A program made the translations under genes and the position numbers. The notes under the pieces were generated by a model, which was not told where the DNA came from, made no database searches, and saw only the letters and a list, made by a program, of their open reading frames with translations. Shown piece by piece: positions 40,283-53,792 of a stretch of DNA of 64,000 bases; position 1 is the first letter of the stretch, and each line of letters opens with the position of its first letter. Origin of the DNA: Octopus sinensis (taxonomy: Eukaryota); the NCBI RefSeq assembly GCF_006345805.1, contig NC_042998.1, forward strand, positions 12,896,001 through 12,960,000, given 5' to 3'.

Positions 40283-40450
40283 GGTATTTCGTCTTTCTAT
40301 ACGTTCTGAGTTCAAATTTCGCCGAGGTCGACTTTACCTTTCATACTTTCGGTGTCGATAAATTATGTACCAGTTGAGTACTGGGATCGATCTAATCGAC
40401 TGGCCTTCCCCCCATAATTTCGAGCCTGTACCTAGAGTAGAAAAGAATAT
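40283..40450 (+). mobile_element. Second, 5'-truncated family-2 SINE, head-to-tail with the first and with a different 3' tail
   Basis: Repeats GTTCTGAGTTCAAAT...CCGAGGTCGACTTT...GATAAATTATGTACCAG; tail CCCCCATAATTTCGAGCCTGTACCTAGAGTAGAAAAGAAT. Confidence 0.8.
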
Positions 40451-42703
40451 TCTAAGTTCTAAGAATCTCAGATATCTCTCTTTCAACTGTTGAGAATTTA
40501 GTATAATTCGTGTATATAATATTTATAGTAAACTAAATTAGAACATGATGATATGAGAGTAACGTTAGTGGTAATAAAATCAATGGTAGGAATAAAAGTA
40601 GTGATGTCATTATATTACAGGTCCCCGCCCTACGTTTGTGGTTGATTACTTGCAAAAGATGGCTGCAGTAATAACAGTAGTGATAAAAATAACAATATCA
40701 CCCTTATTTCTCTCAAAGTAAGTAGTCACTCAAATGCCATGTAAATATCGATACGATCCGGTATAATGGTCTTATATGCCGGAAACATCGTGGAATTATT
40801 TTGTACATATGCACATGCATATAATTCAGTCACACGAGAAGCACATCCATATTTGTGAAATATTCTGCAGGATATTTGTCTATACAGATTGCCATTAGAT
40901 TCACTGGACACAGTTTTTTATAATACAATATATAATCCGTACTGTACCAGATTATATGCAACATGCAACTGTTTAAATTTATGGGCGTTGTAGATAGAAC
41001 ATGATGTCCTTATTCTGCCAGCCATTGTGATTCATTGAGTAATAATGAATTCTTAATTACGAATGAGTTATTAGGGTTAGGTTGGATGGAATGTTTTCAT
41101 TATCACCTTCGTCAATTTCTTAAGAAATCTATACGTAGCGGTAAGGGAATATATTTCAATGGGAAATCGATAATTGGCAACAATGCAGTTCACCAATAAT
41201 TTCCTCCTGCTCCATGCATGTGCCAAAACAGTAATTTATTTCCTAATTTTCCAAACTATCTATTTCAAGGAGGGTGATTTTGAGTCAATCCTGTCGAGTG
41301 TTATATTGGGAATAAAAGAGCATTAACGTATATAACCATAGCAGGATGAATGTTGATGCCAATGAAATACCACGAGAGAGACATATTGTATCGCATTTCA
41401 TGAAATTATCCCGGTAATAAGAATACGTCTTTGCCAAATGGAATACGTTGCTATTAAATCATCAACGCTGATGAAGTACAAATGCAAGGAAAGCAATAAT
41501 GTTTACGAAACACAATATATAGAAATTAACGTGTTTTCTTCTTATTTTAATATGCTCTTCTGCTGAAAATGCAACGATTAAAATGCATGTTTTACGAGAG
41601 AAGAAAAACGTCACAAGATATCGAATTTTATTATGACAAAGGTTTTTGAGGATTAAAAACTTAACTGCTGAAAATTCTTTACTAAAGAAACATTTTGCTA
41701 GATAAGTTATTAGCATTTTAGTTAATAGCCTTCATTCAATGTAAATATTTAGTTCATTTTATTAATAATGTATCATCTTCAAAATTTATTTTTATGTCAT
41801 AAATTTTAGTTAATCTATCTCATATCTTGTCTCGTCTAATCGGTCTTGATTTACTGTCTTATACATCATCTTTAGATCTTAAAATACGTGACTTGTGATG
41901 GAAATATTTTAATTGGGACTACATTGTTCTCAATAAGAGAAGATATACGTTCGATAGAAAATGCAGACACTCGAATTCACATAACTAATAGATAATTCAG
42001 AAAATGATGTCTGTATAAGCGAACTGAAAATCGTCAGCTTCAAAATATTTATTTTAACTGAATAGAACACTGATTACGTAGTTTATTAACTAGTGTATAA
42101 TGATAATGATAATGACTACGAAAACGATGACGATGACAACGACGACGATGATGATTATGATGATGTAGGCAATATGGTAACTTGCTGCTACACGTATGTC
42201 ATTTCATCTTGATAATCTCCAAGAAAACTGGAAGTAGATAGAAATAACTAAAATTTGAATCGACTCTGAGTAAAATACTATATATTATAGAATTAATATG
42301 TTACACACCAAGAATATTCGTAAAAAACTACATGGTTTAAGTATCATACTTGAAATTTAAAACATTTAAAACACTCTCACTTGTTTACGGCAAGTTCGAA
42401 AACTTTCCAAAGCAAATTCTAAGTTTCCAATTAGTCGGTAACATTTGGTATCTTAGAATATTAACAAGAACAAATATATGAGAGCAATTTTTGTTTCGTT
42501 ATTGAAAGTTATCAAAAGGCGAAATCTTCTGGTAAACTTAATTTTTTCTTTGTTATGTTTACTTGTTACCGCATTATCGTGTACTACGTAAATATAGCAA
42601 TAACGTAATTTGATATCTTTTGTTGTAAACAAATTGGTCACATTTTTTCAAACATTTTTTAAATGTAGAATTACACAAGTTTTCCTTTCTATCATACTGA
42701 AAA

Positions 42704-42704
<1 letters not shown>

Positions 42705-42794
<90 letters not shown>

Positions 42795-42795
42795 A

Positions 42796-42888
<93 letters not shown>

Positions 42889-42890
42889 AT
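42705..42890. repeat. (TCTA)n microsatellite
   Basis: Direct inspection. Confidence 0.95.
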
Positions 42891-43046
42891 CTATTTAATG
42901 CATCGCATTCGACAATAGATTAACTGGCTGAAACATCGAAGCTTCTGCCAAAAAACCCTCTTGTTTTAAAAGAATAATAAATTTGTACACTACATGTATA
43001 CATATATACTTATGCATACATACATATCTACCTACATACATACATG

Positions 43047-43124
<78 letters not shown>

Positions 43125-43176
43125 TATATACACATACATATATACATATATATATATACATACACTCATATATATG

Positions 43177-43214
<38 letters not shown>

Positions 43215-43307
43215 CTTTTATCTAATAAATTCAAAAAATTATCTGATCCCAGTTCGAAGAAATATTTTCCATTTCACTCCCCTCTTTCTATACACACACA
43301 TATGTGC

Positions 43308-43340
<33 letters not shown>

Positions 43341-43344
43341 ATAT

Positions 43345-43572
43345 ACACATTTGAATATGTGACCGCGTGTGTATCGTTGGCGATTTTCTTTCTCTGTCCT
43401 CTCTTCTTTGGAATTTTTTAATATTTCTGATGAAGAGCTCCACTCGAAACGTGATATCCTCTTTCTTTTCTTTCCTTTCCTGAGCGTCCAATAACACACT
43501 ACTTGTTCCACATCCACGCGTTGTTGGTTTTTCTTCTTTGTTCATTTGTTCATGTTTGGAATGACTATATAT
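43345..43572 (+). mobile_element. PLE-like terminal repeat, family 3, with a hammerhead core at 43421-43457
   Basis: ATATTT-CTGATGA-A-GAG-CTCCA-CTC-GAAA-CGT-GATAT; the core is canonical but the cleavage-site/helix I junction is damaged. Ends in (TA)n. Confidence 0.65.
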
Positions 43573-43577
43573 ATATA

Positions 43578-43700
43578 GTTGAAATTCATAGAAAAACAAA
43601 AGACGGAGATAGGTATTTGAGCAACTAGATGTATTAGTTTAACGCTCGAGAATATGTAAAAGTCGTTTGCCTTTCGAGTCTACGCACTGGAGAGAGAATG
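43578..43700 (-). mobile_element. Degenerate family-2 PLE-like terminal repeat, tail-to-tail with the preceding one
   Basis: Reverse complement GCGTAGACTCGAAAGGCAAACGACTT...GAGCGTTAAACTAATACAT...CGTCTTTTGTT aligns to 57064-57170. Confidence 0.65.
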
Positions 43701-44456
43701 AATAAAAGACTTGTAGATTTAGTGGTCATGTATGGCGAATGACTATAAAAGTTTGAAAGAAAAGTTGAAAAAAGGGAGATAATAAAGTGTTGCTGATTTC
43801 AAATGAAGGTGCACGCGTGTGTGTGTGTATGGAAGATTGGTGTGTGTGAATAGTGACTAGTTACTCTGACGTATGTGAGTGTGTGCGTGCGTAAGTCTCT
43901 ACGTCTGTAACGTGTATGTTGAGATGTGCTTTTCGACGTGGTCTGTGAATATGTGTATGTGTGTGTGACCAAACTGTGTGCATGTGTAAGGTGTGTATAT
44001 GTAGGTGTAACTTAACTTTATGTATGTAGCGTGTGTTGATGCGTGTTGCGTGCGCATATATACATAACTTGTGTTCAGGTATCATGAGCTTGTGTGGGCG
44101 TGGGAGCGTGCATGATAGCATGTGGTGTGTATACGCAGTTACACTGTGTGTGTGGCTGCTTTTATAGTGGTACGTGCGGTGGCGCTATTGTAGATTATAT
44201 GTGTGTCTGTGTGGATGATGGTGTAGGTGTGTAGATGACAGTGTGTGGTGTGGGTGCTGTGAAGCGGTCAGTATTAGTGTGTGTGTAGTGGTGTGGTGTT
44301 GTGGGGGTGGTATCGTGTTTTGCTGTTGTGAGGGTGTTGTGGGGTGTTGTGGGGGTGGTGTGGTGTACAGTGTTGGTGGGGTGAAGAAAATGGATTGGTG
44401 TGGGGTGGTATCAATGAAGAGAGGAAATAGGTGGAACTGAAGAGAGGAGATAGGTG

Positions 44457-44965
44457 TCAGATGAAGAGAGAAGGGGAATTGAGCCCATGTGATGCAAAGG
44501 AGCGAAGAGAGAAAGTTAATTCCTGTTCACAGCAAAGGCAGGAATCCGGGTGGCCTCTGTGCAAAGATACTCCGAACACGGATATTGTTGTGAATGGCCG
44601 TAGAGCGGAAATGGTGCAAGGCCGGGCTGTCATTGCCGAGTCTGATATGTCGGAGGTGCTCTCCGAAGCGGTCAGCTGAGTGACGTCCCGTTTTACCGAT
44701 GTAGAAGGAAGGGCAGAAAGAGCAAGAAATGCAGTAAATGATGTTACTAGAAGTGTAGGTAAAGGAGTCGGTGATGTGACAGACAATGATAGGTGCTTCT
44801 GCGAATGTTAGTGATGGAGAGGTAGTGGCGGGTACGACAGCATGGACGCGAGCAAAGGAACGAGCCAGGCTGAGAGGTGGGGTTAGGGAAGAGTCTGTGG
44901 ACCATAATGTCACGCAAGTTATGGACTCGTTTGAAGGAGAGTAGGGCAATGGGAAACGAGTTATA
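44457..44965 (-). mobile_element. Penelope-like element ORF C-terminus (GIY-YIG/Uri endonuclease), frameshifted
   Basis: Across frames: LLSFKRVHNLRDIMVH...PGSFLCSRPCCRT...DSFTYTSSNIIYCISCSFCPSFYIGKTGRHSADRFGEHLRHI...EQELTFSLRSFASHGLN. Confidence 0.9.
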
Positions 44966-45845
44966 AAGTGGAATGAGGAAGTCAAGAAACTGGAAGAATA
45001 TCAGTATATATATATAAGTTTCTTAGATCTTTGGTGATAACTGATAATGATTTAACCAACAACGTTATTGCAACAGCTCTGAAAAACTACGGATTTACCA
45101 GATCGGTGAAGCAAATGGAGTAGAAAAAAGTTATCCGCTGCTATGCAATTATCTGCCCACACAGGGAAAAACTGGATTCCCTTTAAAAAAAAAAACGGTG
45201 AATCCTCAAGCGAAACAATTGACTCGGAGAGGAGTAACAATTTAGAAAATCTCAAATATAAAGTCAAATAAGGATGGCAGAAACAAAGCAACAACTAACG
45301 AGGATATTCATGTTCAAGGCGACAAAGCAATTAGAAGAAAAAAATTAAATAAAAGACCTTAAGAAGAGGAGGCACTACACCACGTCTCAAAACAACGAAA
45401 AATTTAAAGGAGCCTAGTGAAAGCCTCATAATCAGACTACTGTGTCAAAAAAGAAACCACAGAAATAACCAGCAAAAGAATGAGAACAGTACGTGAAATA
45501 GGTACCATGTGAAAATTGTTTGCTAGTGTGAGGAAATGGAGTGGGACTGCTGCTTTGATCATCCAAAACTCAGGCAGAACGGAATCTATGGTAAGTACTC
45601 TCTGCTTAAACTGTAAGCGTCCTGTTGGAAGGATAATATTATGCGCAAAATCTAACATGGATATCCTGCCGCCAAATATTTTAACCGAGAAAGCGTGGCA
45701 GATTCCTCCTTGCTGATTGCTAATAAAGATAAAGGTTTGGAAAATTAATTGTCTCTTCTCGTCAATCGCTCATTCAGTTTTGAAATTCCGTTTGGAAATG
45801 AACGTGTATGTATGTGTATGTTTGAGTATGTATGTGTGTGTATCT

Positions 45846-45883
<38 letters not shown>

Positions 45884-46074
45884 GGAGAAAAAAGGAGGGA
45901 GAGAGGTAGAGAGACGTGCTTCCTTTCCGTTAAATTGTTAAGCGTTGAGTCACAGTAACAAATGAAGCAAATGTGAAATTATGTAGTCTCAGCAAGCGCG
46001 TGTATGCCGGAGCGTAAAGACAATGAACCTGTGAAGTTCCTTGAATAACTGAAAGTGGCTTTTCTCTATTAACT

Positions 46075-46200
46075 TTACTCTCACTCGTATACTAAACGTT
46101 CTGAGTTGAAATTGCACGAAAGTCAACTTTGGATTTAAACCCTACAGGTTCAATGAAATAAGGCATCAGTCAGTAACTGGGGTCTACGTTACTGAATGAC
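46075..46200 (+). mobile_element. Degenerate SINE family 2 fragment
   Basis: AACGTTCTGAGTTGAAATT...AAGTCAACTTT...AAATAAG...AACTGGGGTC. Confidence 0.55.
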
Positions 46201-46264
46201 CCCAATTTCTCAAAATCGCTGGTCGTATGCCAAATTATATTTTAATTATTTTTGAATTTGTAGT

Positions 46265-46286
46265 GGCAGCATCATTTGCAGTAATA

Positions 46287-46335
<49 letters not shown>

Positions 46336-46596
46336 AAGAAGAAGAAGTAGTATTAGTATTAGAATTAGTAGTAGTTGTAGTAGTAGTAGTAGTAGTAGTA
46401 GTTACAGCAGTAGTAATAGTATCATTATTATTATCATTATTATTATTATTATTATTATTAGTAGTAGTAGTAGTAGAAGAAGTAGTATTAGTATTAGAAT
46501 TAGCAGCAGTAGTAGTTGTAGTAGTAGTAGTTGTAGTAGTAGTAGTAGTAGTAGAAGTAGTATTAGTATTAGAATCAGTAGTAGTAGTATTAGAAT

Positions 46597-46628
<32 letters not shown>

Positions 46629-46650
46629 TTTGCTGTTGTTGTTGTTGTCA
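46265..46650. repeat. (TAG)n microsatellite with internally duplicated variant blocks
   Basis: GAAGTAGTATTAGTATTAGAAT recurs three times. Confidence 0.95.
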
Positions 46651-47536
46651 AGGTTGCTTCGTTGGTAGTGGTATTCATAACGTTGCTGTTGCTCCCGGTC
46701 AGATCGCTTTAATCTTCAACTGTTTAAACCCATATCCTCCACATGACATATCCTCCAAAAAAAAATGCGCATTAAAAATATAGAAACCTCGCAAGATATC
46801 AATATGCTATTTCAAAACGTTTACTGAATATAATTCCGTCTTTTATTCCTTGATTTCCATTGCATTGTTATTAATGTTGTTTTTAATAAATTTCTATATT
46901 ATCTCTGCAGTATTTGCTTCAATTCCATTGTTTCCATTTAACATGTAAAAAACGCATTTTGTTGCAACACGTAATGCATTCAAAGTTTGAAAATCGGTAA
47001 TATTGACAGCAATATTCTTTTCATGCTGAAGTTTGTAATTTTTTTTCTAAGTTTCCTTTTGCTTTCCTTTAACTTTTATAGTCAACATACGAGGAAAATA
47101 AAAGTAAGAAAAAAAAAAAAAAGAAATTAAGAATTTATTTAACGTGACATATCAAATAATCTTCAAAAATATCAGTTAAAAACCTCGTTTGAATTTATGA
47201 TTTCCATTGCTGTTATCTTATTATATTTTTGTTTTAATTCTAAAGCAAAAATTAATTCTGTTTTCCTGTTTGTGATAATATTCAAGAAACGAAAGAATGC
47301 TGAATTTCTACAAATATAATGTTCCCTAACTCTACACGTGCTTCTTTTAAAAATTGATATTTTTTTTACAAGCATGCATGTAATTGTCGATCTTGGTATA
47401 CATTTAGACATGCACACACACCAACACACACGCACGCAAACAGTCACGCACACACCCATCCACACACACAAATTATATATATATATATATAATATATATA
47501 TATAATATATATTACCACAGAAGTGCATAAAAAGTC

Positions 47537-47636
<100 letters not shown>

Positions 47637-48074
47637 ATGTATATATATGTATACATATATGTGCATGTGTGCACTTTTGTGTGTGGGTGTGGGTGGGTGT
47701 GCATGTTTGTTTCTGGGTGTGAATGGGGGTGCATGTGCTTTCTTGTGTCTGTAATAATAACATGGTATTGCATTTAATCTCCTTTTAAAATATGCAGCAA
47801 AGATTTTGGTATTTGATTGCATGTGATATGTGGTACATTTCTAAAACAATCCAAAATACACAAAAACTGACATGATCATAGAAAGAAAATCTAAGCATGT
47901 ATGCATTGTGTGTGTGTGAGCGTGTGTGTTCCAGAGAGAGAGAGGGAGAGAGAGAGAGAGAGATGTGAGATCTAACGCTACACGTGTTACGCAAAGGCAG
48001 TGAGATTCTTGGGCATACTAAATGCATAAAAACAAGCAAACAAGGATGCATATATATGCATAGATACATATGTG

Positions 48075-48115
<41 letters not shown>

Positions 48116-48118
<3 letters not shown>

Positions 48119-48277
48119 CGCAGGAGTGGATGTGTGGAAGTAGCTTGCTTACCAACCACATGGTTCTGTGTTCAGTCCCACTGCGTAGCATCTTGGGCAA
48201 GTGTCCTCTTCTATAGCCCCGGGCCGACCAATGTCTTGTGAGTGGACTTGGTAGACGGAAACTGAAAGAAGCCTGTC

Positions 48278-48326
<49 letters not shown>

Positions 48327-48556
48327 GTGTGTGTATGTGTTTGTGTGTTTGTGTTTGCCCCTCTAACATTGCTTGATAACCGATGCTGGTGTGTTTACGT
48401 CCCCGTCAACTAGCGGTTCGGCAAAAAAAACCGATAGAATAAGTACTGGGCTTACAAAGAATAAGTCCCGGGGACGATTTGCTCGACTAAAGGCGGTGCT
48501 CCAACATGGCCGCAGTCAAATGACTGAAACAAGTAAAAGAGTAAAGAGTAAAGAGT
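48116..48556 (+). mobile_element. SINE family 1, full-length
   Basis: AGGCGCAGGAGTGGATGTGTGG (A-box-like)...GTTCAGTCCC (B-box-like)...CTTGGGCAAG...(TA)n(TG)n...tail (GTAAAGA)n. Confidence 0.92.
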
Positions 48557-48620
48557 ATATATATATATAAAGATTTATATATATATATATATATATATAT
48601 AAATATATAAATATATATAA

Positions 48621-48725
<105 letters not shown>

Positions 48726-48949
48726 CAAACGTAGGGCAAAAAGAATGAAACGAGCAGAATCGAATGAAACGCAACATGCAGAAAAATAGGCAATAACATG
48801 ACAACAACATGATAGAAATAAAACACACGGGCCATTCGGGGCATTCGCACCAATTTTTTTTCATCAGTCGGCTTTTGGAAAGTAATTATAATTTCATACC
48901 CTTCTAATATCGAGGCTACTCAAATCCAACAAGGTCCCAAGGATTTTGA

Positions 48950-48996
<47 letters not shown>

Positions 48997-49515
48997 GTAT
49001 GTATATATATGTATACATATATGTGCATGTGTGCACTTTTGTGTGTGGGTGTGGGTGGGTGTGCATGTTTGTTTCTGGGTGTGAATGGGGGTGCATGTGC
49101 TTTCTTGTGTCTGTAATAATAACATGGTATTGCATTTAATCTCCTTTTAAAATATGCAGCTAAGATTTTGGTATTTGATTGCATGTGATATGTGGTACAT
49201 TTCTAAAACAATCCAAAATACACAAAAACTGACATGATCATAGAAAGAAAATCTAAGCATGTATGCGTTGTGTGTGTGTGAGCGTGTGTGTTCCAGAGAG
49301 AGAGAGGGAGAGAGAGAGAGAGAGAATGTGAGATCTAACGCTACACGTGTTACGCAAAGGCAGTGAGATTCTTGGGCATACTAAATGCATAAAAACAAGC
49401 AAACAAGGATGCATATATATGCATAGATACATATGTGCGGATATATATATATATATATCATATATATATATATATCATATATATATATATATATTATATA
49501 TATATAGATATATAT

Positions 49516-49678
49516 AGGCGCAGGAGTGGATGTGTGGTAAGTAGCTTGCTTACCAACCACATGGTTCTGTGATCAGTCCCACTGCGTAGCATCTTGGGCA
49601 AGTGTCCTCTTCTATAGCCCCGGGCCGACCAATGTCTTGTGAGTGGACTTGGTAGACGGAAACTGAAAGAAGCCTGTC

Positions 49679-49727
<49 letters not shown>

Positions 49728-49956
49728 GTGTGTGTATGTGTTTGTGTGTTTGTGTTGCCCCTCTAACATTGCTTGATAACCGATGCTGGTGTGTTTACGT
49801 CCCCGTCAACTAGCGGTTCGGCAAAAAAAACCGATAGAATAAGTACTGGGCTTACAAAGAATAAGTCCCGGGGACGATTTGCTCGACTAAAGGCGGTGCT
49901 CCAACATGGCCGCAGTCAAATGACTGAAACAAGTAAAAGAGTAAAGAGTAAAGAGT
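49516..49956 (+). mobile_element. SINE family 1, duplicate copy inside the tandem duplication
   Basis: Near-identical to 48116-48556. Confidence 0.92.
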
Positions 49957-50020
49957 ATATATATATATAAAGATTTATATATATATATATATATATATAT
50001 AAATATATAAATATATATAA

Positions 50021-50125
<105 letters not shown>

Positions 50126-50645
50126 CAAACGTAGGGCAAAAAGAATGAAACGAGCAGAATCGAATGAAACGCAACATGCAGAAAAATAGGCAATAACATG
50201 ACAACAACATGATAGAAATAAAACACACGGGCCATTCGGGGCATTCGCACCAATTTTTTTTCATCAGTCGGCTTTTGGAAAGTAATTATAATTTCATACC
50301 CTTCTAATATCGAGGCTACTCAAATCCAACAAGGTCCCAAGGATTTTGATATATATATATATATATACATTACATTTTGGGACATATAATGCCTCAGATA
50401 AATTTTGATATTTTTGAGAACATTAATGATTTTTAGCATAATATTGAAAGTATTTCGTTGAATCAATCTTGGACTTGTTCTTTACATGTCCCTGTAACCC
50501 GAATTCAGTATTGCCGGATCGTGTGTATACTCCATTGCTACTCCACTACTCACGTGAAAACAAGCATGTACAATCAGTTAACATCACACAGACACACAGT
50601 TACCACCAAACGTACACATGCACATACGTTACCACCTACACACAC

Positions 50646-50681
<36 letters not shown>

Positions 50682-50754
50682 ACTGATACCAACCATTCTT
50701 TGCACTCCCCTGTCCCAGAAATCTCTTTCTTTTACATTCAAAAATGTAACTACA

Positions 50755-50870
50755 CGTGGACAGATGGCAGTTTTTCCCTCCTTCTTTTCTCTTTGGACTT
50801 TTTTTATGTTTCCTGATTCCGAAGAAGAGCTATGCTCAAACGTAAAACAACCACTCTGTATCCTCTGTGT
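50755..50870 (+). mobile_element. Degenerate PLE-like terminal repeat with a decayed hammerhead-like motif
   Basis: CCGAAGA-A-GAGC-TAT-GCTC-AAA-CGTA-AAAC at 50819-50848; the upstream CTTTGGACTTTTTTT resembles 43406-43420. Confidence 0.45.
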
Positions 50871-51289
50871 GTGTTTGTGCGTATGTGTGTATATATGTAT
50901 ATATGTGTGTGTATACATACACACATAAACCCACACACTAGCAATTCTTACCGGCGTTGTCCAGCTGTTATGAACTACCGCTTCATTGAATTACTTGTTC
51001 CTTTCTTATGGGCAGAATTGGCACAACTGATATATAGCGAAATAGATTACTGGCGCGATTGAAGTTGTCGTTTGTTTAAAAGTGAAGTGTGGCTCAGGTT
51101 TGCATGAAAGTGCTTTTTGTTTTTAAGAAGGATCACATACTATGTATTCTTACATCGTATAAAAGGTAATGAATATGATTTTGTTCAGAAATCACATTTT
51201 AAAAACATTTTAGAATTTCTCACTTCTTCCCTCTGTATCGCAGTTTTATAATTTGTAACTGCTTTCCCAATTTCTTTTCCATCCACGCA

Positions 51290-52740
51290 GAAAAAATTTC
51301 AGAGAACATCTGTAGGTATGAGAGAAACTTTCGGAATAAATACATTTTCTCGTTTGTGACTACTTGTTATAGTTGTTGTCTGTAGGACATGGGGATTCAT
51401 GGAAGTAACAATTAAGCGTGTTCCATTACATAGGTGAGATGGTTTTAAGATTCTTGGACAAAATAATGGGAGAACCCAGTTTTAGTGTCAAGTTATGCTG
51501 TGGCATCCCAGTGGGTTTAAATGTGTTCAGAAACTCCACAAGGTATTGAACAACCTGATTTTGATCAACTGTCGTCAATTGATCGAAATGACACTATTGA
51601 TGTATCAGATGACTTTTGAAGAAGTTCATAATTGCGTTTATCAGCCATTTCATTGGAGCTAGTATAGTATTTTCACATAACCAGTTTACAGTAGTGTAAT
51701 TGATAGCTAAATAAGGACATACTTTATCCATATGATCCATAAAAAAGGATCATCTGACCCCATGTAATTTCATGTAGCTGAAGTATTTATTTGAATGTTA
51801 ATATCAATCTTAATAAGCTCGTATGATCACCTTATAGAAGTACTCTGATGTTGCTTGTAAGATGAAGTTTTTACACGTCCCCAAAGGTACAATGTTTTGA
51901 GGCATGTATTGGCCTCATCGGGGATACCTGGCAAAATTTGATGAAAATCTGCAAGAAGAACTTCCCATGAGCGTGCTATTGTTTTTTTATGTCTGGGAGG
52001 GTGCGGTCCAGTACTTCTGGAGCTCCACGATGTGACAGTGCAATCATCTCAAAAATTGAGGCAAACTTGTTGAGGACCTGTTGTCATTGCAGCGTTTTGT
52101 GAAATATTGCACATTTGAGATTTTCTCATTGCAAGGTTTAGAGAGAGCTTGAACATGGAATGTGCAGTTCTCCCACCACCATTGAGGAGGGTAACTGCAA
52201 TATGTCCTGACACATGCCATAGCAACTTGTGTTCATTCGTGCATATATCCAAGACCATCTGTGAATGATGATAAGAGGGTTATAAGTTGCCCCATGTTTT
52301 GAATATCACCATCTGTCCTCAGATCGTCTTGGAGATGAACATAACTTTAGCCTTTAACTTTTTTGATTGTTACAAATGTACAAGAGACGATGGCTCTCAA
52401 CCTTAGCATATATACCAAAAAGATATTGCTGAAAGGGGTCACATTATGTGTGTACTTGATTTGATTGTTCTGGTGTTAGCATCAGTTGGTAAGAATAGAA
52501 GTCATTTGACGACACCTTTTTGTTTGTAATTGGCTAATCTGTTGCAAGTTCAATCTGTGGAATATTGAAATGATACCCATCTTGACCATTCCACAGAACA
52601 AGAGTATACTGGATTGTATTATAAGAGATATGAGTCTCTGAATCGCGTTTAAGGTTGCTACCTCGATAACGAATGGCTACTTCATTAGATGTGGGCTCAT
52701 TAAAACGGCGTGAAATGCCCTTTACCATAATTTACTGTGG
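51290..52740 (-). pseudogene. Decayed Helitron Rep/helicase (PIF1-like) fragment with internal deletion
   Basis: RRFNEPTSNEVAI...SETHISYNTIQYTLVLWNGQDGYHF; SGHIAVTLLNGGGRTAHSMFKL; EFLNTFKPTGMPQHNLTLKLGSPIIL...LCNGTRLIV...VFIPKVSLIPTD. Confidence 0.9.
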
Positions 52741-53471
52741 ACGTACCGAACGCAGAAATACACACACACACACTTACGGCCGCATAAACACTCAGGGTAT
52801 TGATAATATTGAAAACAGCAAAACGTACACACATGAAGGTCAAGCGAATTGAAATGTAGTCAATATAGGTGCAAAACATACGTTCTGTATCGTAGTTATG
52901 CCATAAATGTTTTTAGGGAATATTTCCAAAAGAAATATTCCAACGTCGGAAAGTCACCAATTCAGCAAAAATTACTATGCCACACCAATGTAGCAAAGTA
53001 CAGAAAGTCAACATTCATTTAGAACATGTACTACAAGAGGGACTGTCACGAAGAAGAAAATCAAATTCCAAAAATATTCAGAAAGTATAATTTAATTCTT
53101 CATACAAAAATAACTTATTATTTCAAAATTTTTAAACGAACGCCGAAAAACAGAGTGTACAAGGGAATATGTTGCTGTTGTGAACATTAATTTAAAACAT
53201 TTGCTGAAGAATTTACATAGAAAGACATTATTTAGTTTGACAACACTTACAATATATTTCAACTGTGTAAGATTATAGGGCGATTTCCTATTTTATCATC
53301 GTAAAATAAATTCAGAAAACAATTTTGTTTAAACTGATGCATGCATGGACTTTTCGAGTTGTGTTTATTAAATATTTCGTATATATATGTGTGTGTGTGT
53401 GTCTCTGCGTGTGTATGTGTGTATGTACGTATAATTAAATAAACATATTTATATATATGCATGTATATACG

Positions 53472-53542
<71 letters not shown>

Positions 53543-53545
53543 ATA

Positions 53546-53620
<75 letters not shown>

Positions 53621-53708
53621 ATACAATGACAGAGATGCACAGATAGACAGATAGATAGATATACAATTCCAAAAGGTACACACACATTACACATAAATTC
53701 ATATATAT

Positions 53709-53792
<84 letters not shown>

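Noticed and set aside
41071-41081. TTAGGGTTAGG telomere-like motif
   Set aside because: Fewer than two full units; expected by chance.
45060-45720. A-rich coding-like region next to the PLE fragment
   Set aside because: It has multiple stops and no recognisable motif; it cannot be assigned without a search.
48116-48190. tRNA genes at the SINE heads (also 55054, 58108 and 40051)
   Set aside because: Only A/B-box-like remnants are present, with no complete cloverleaf, and each continues into a SINE body.
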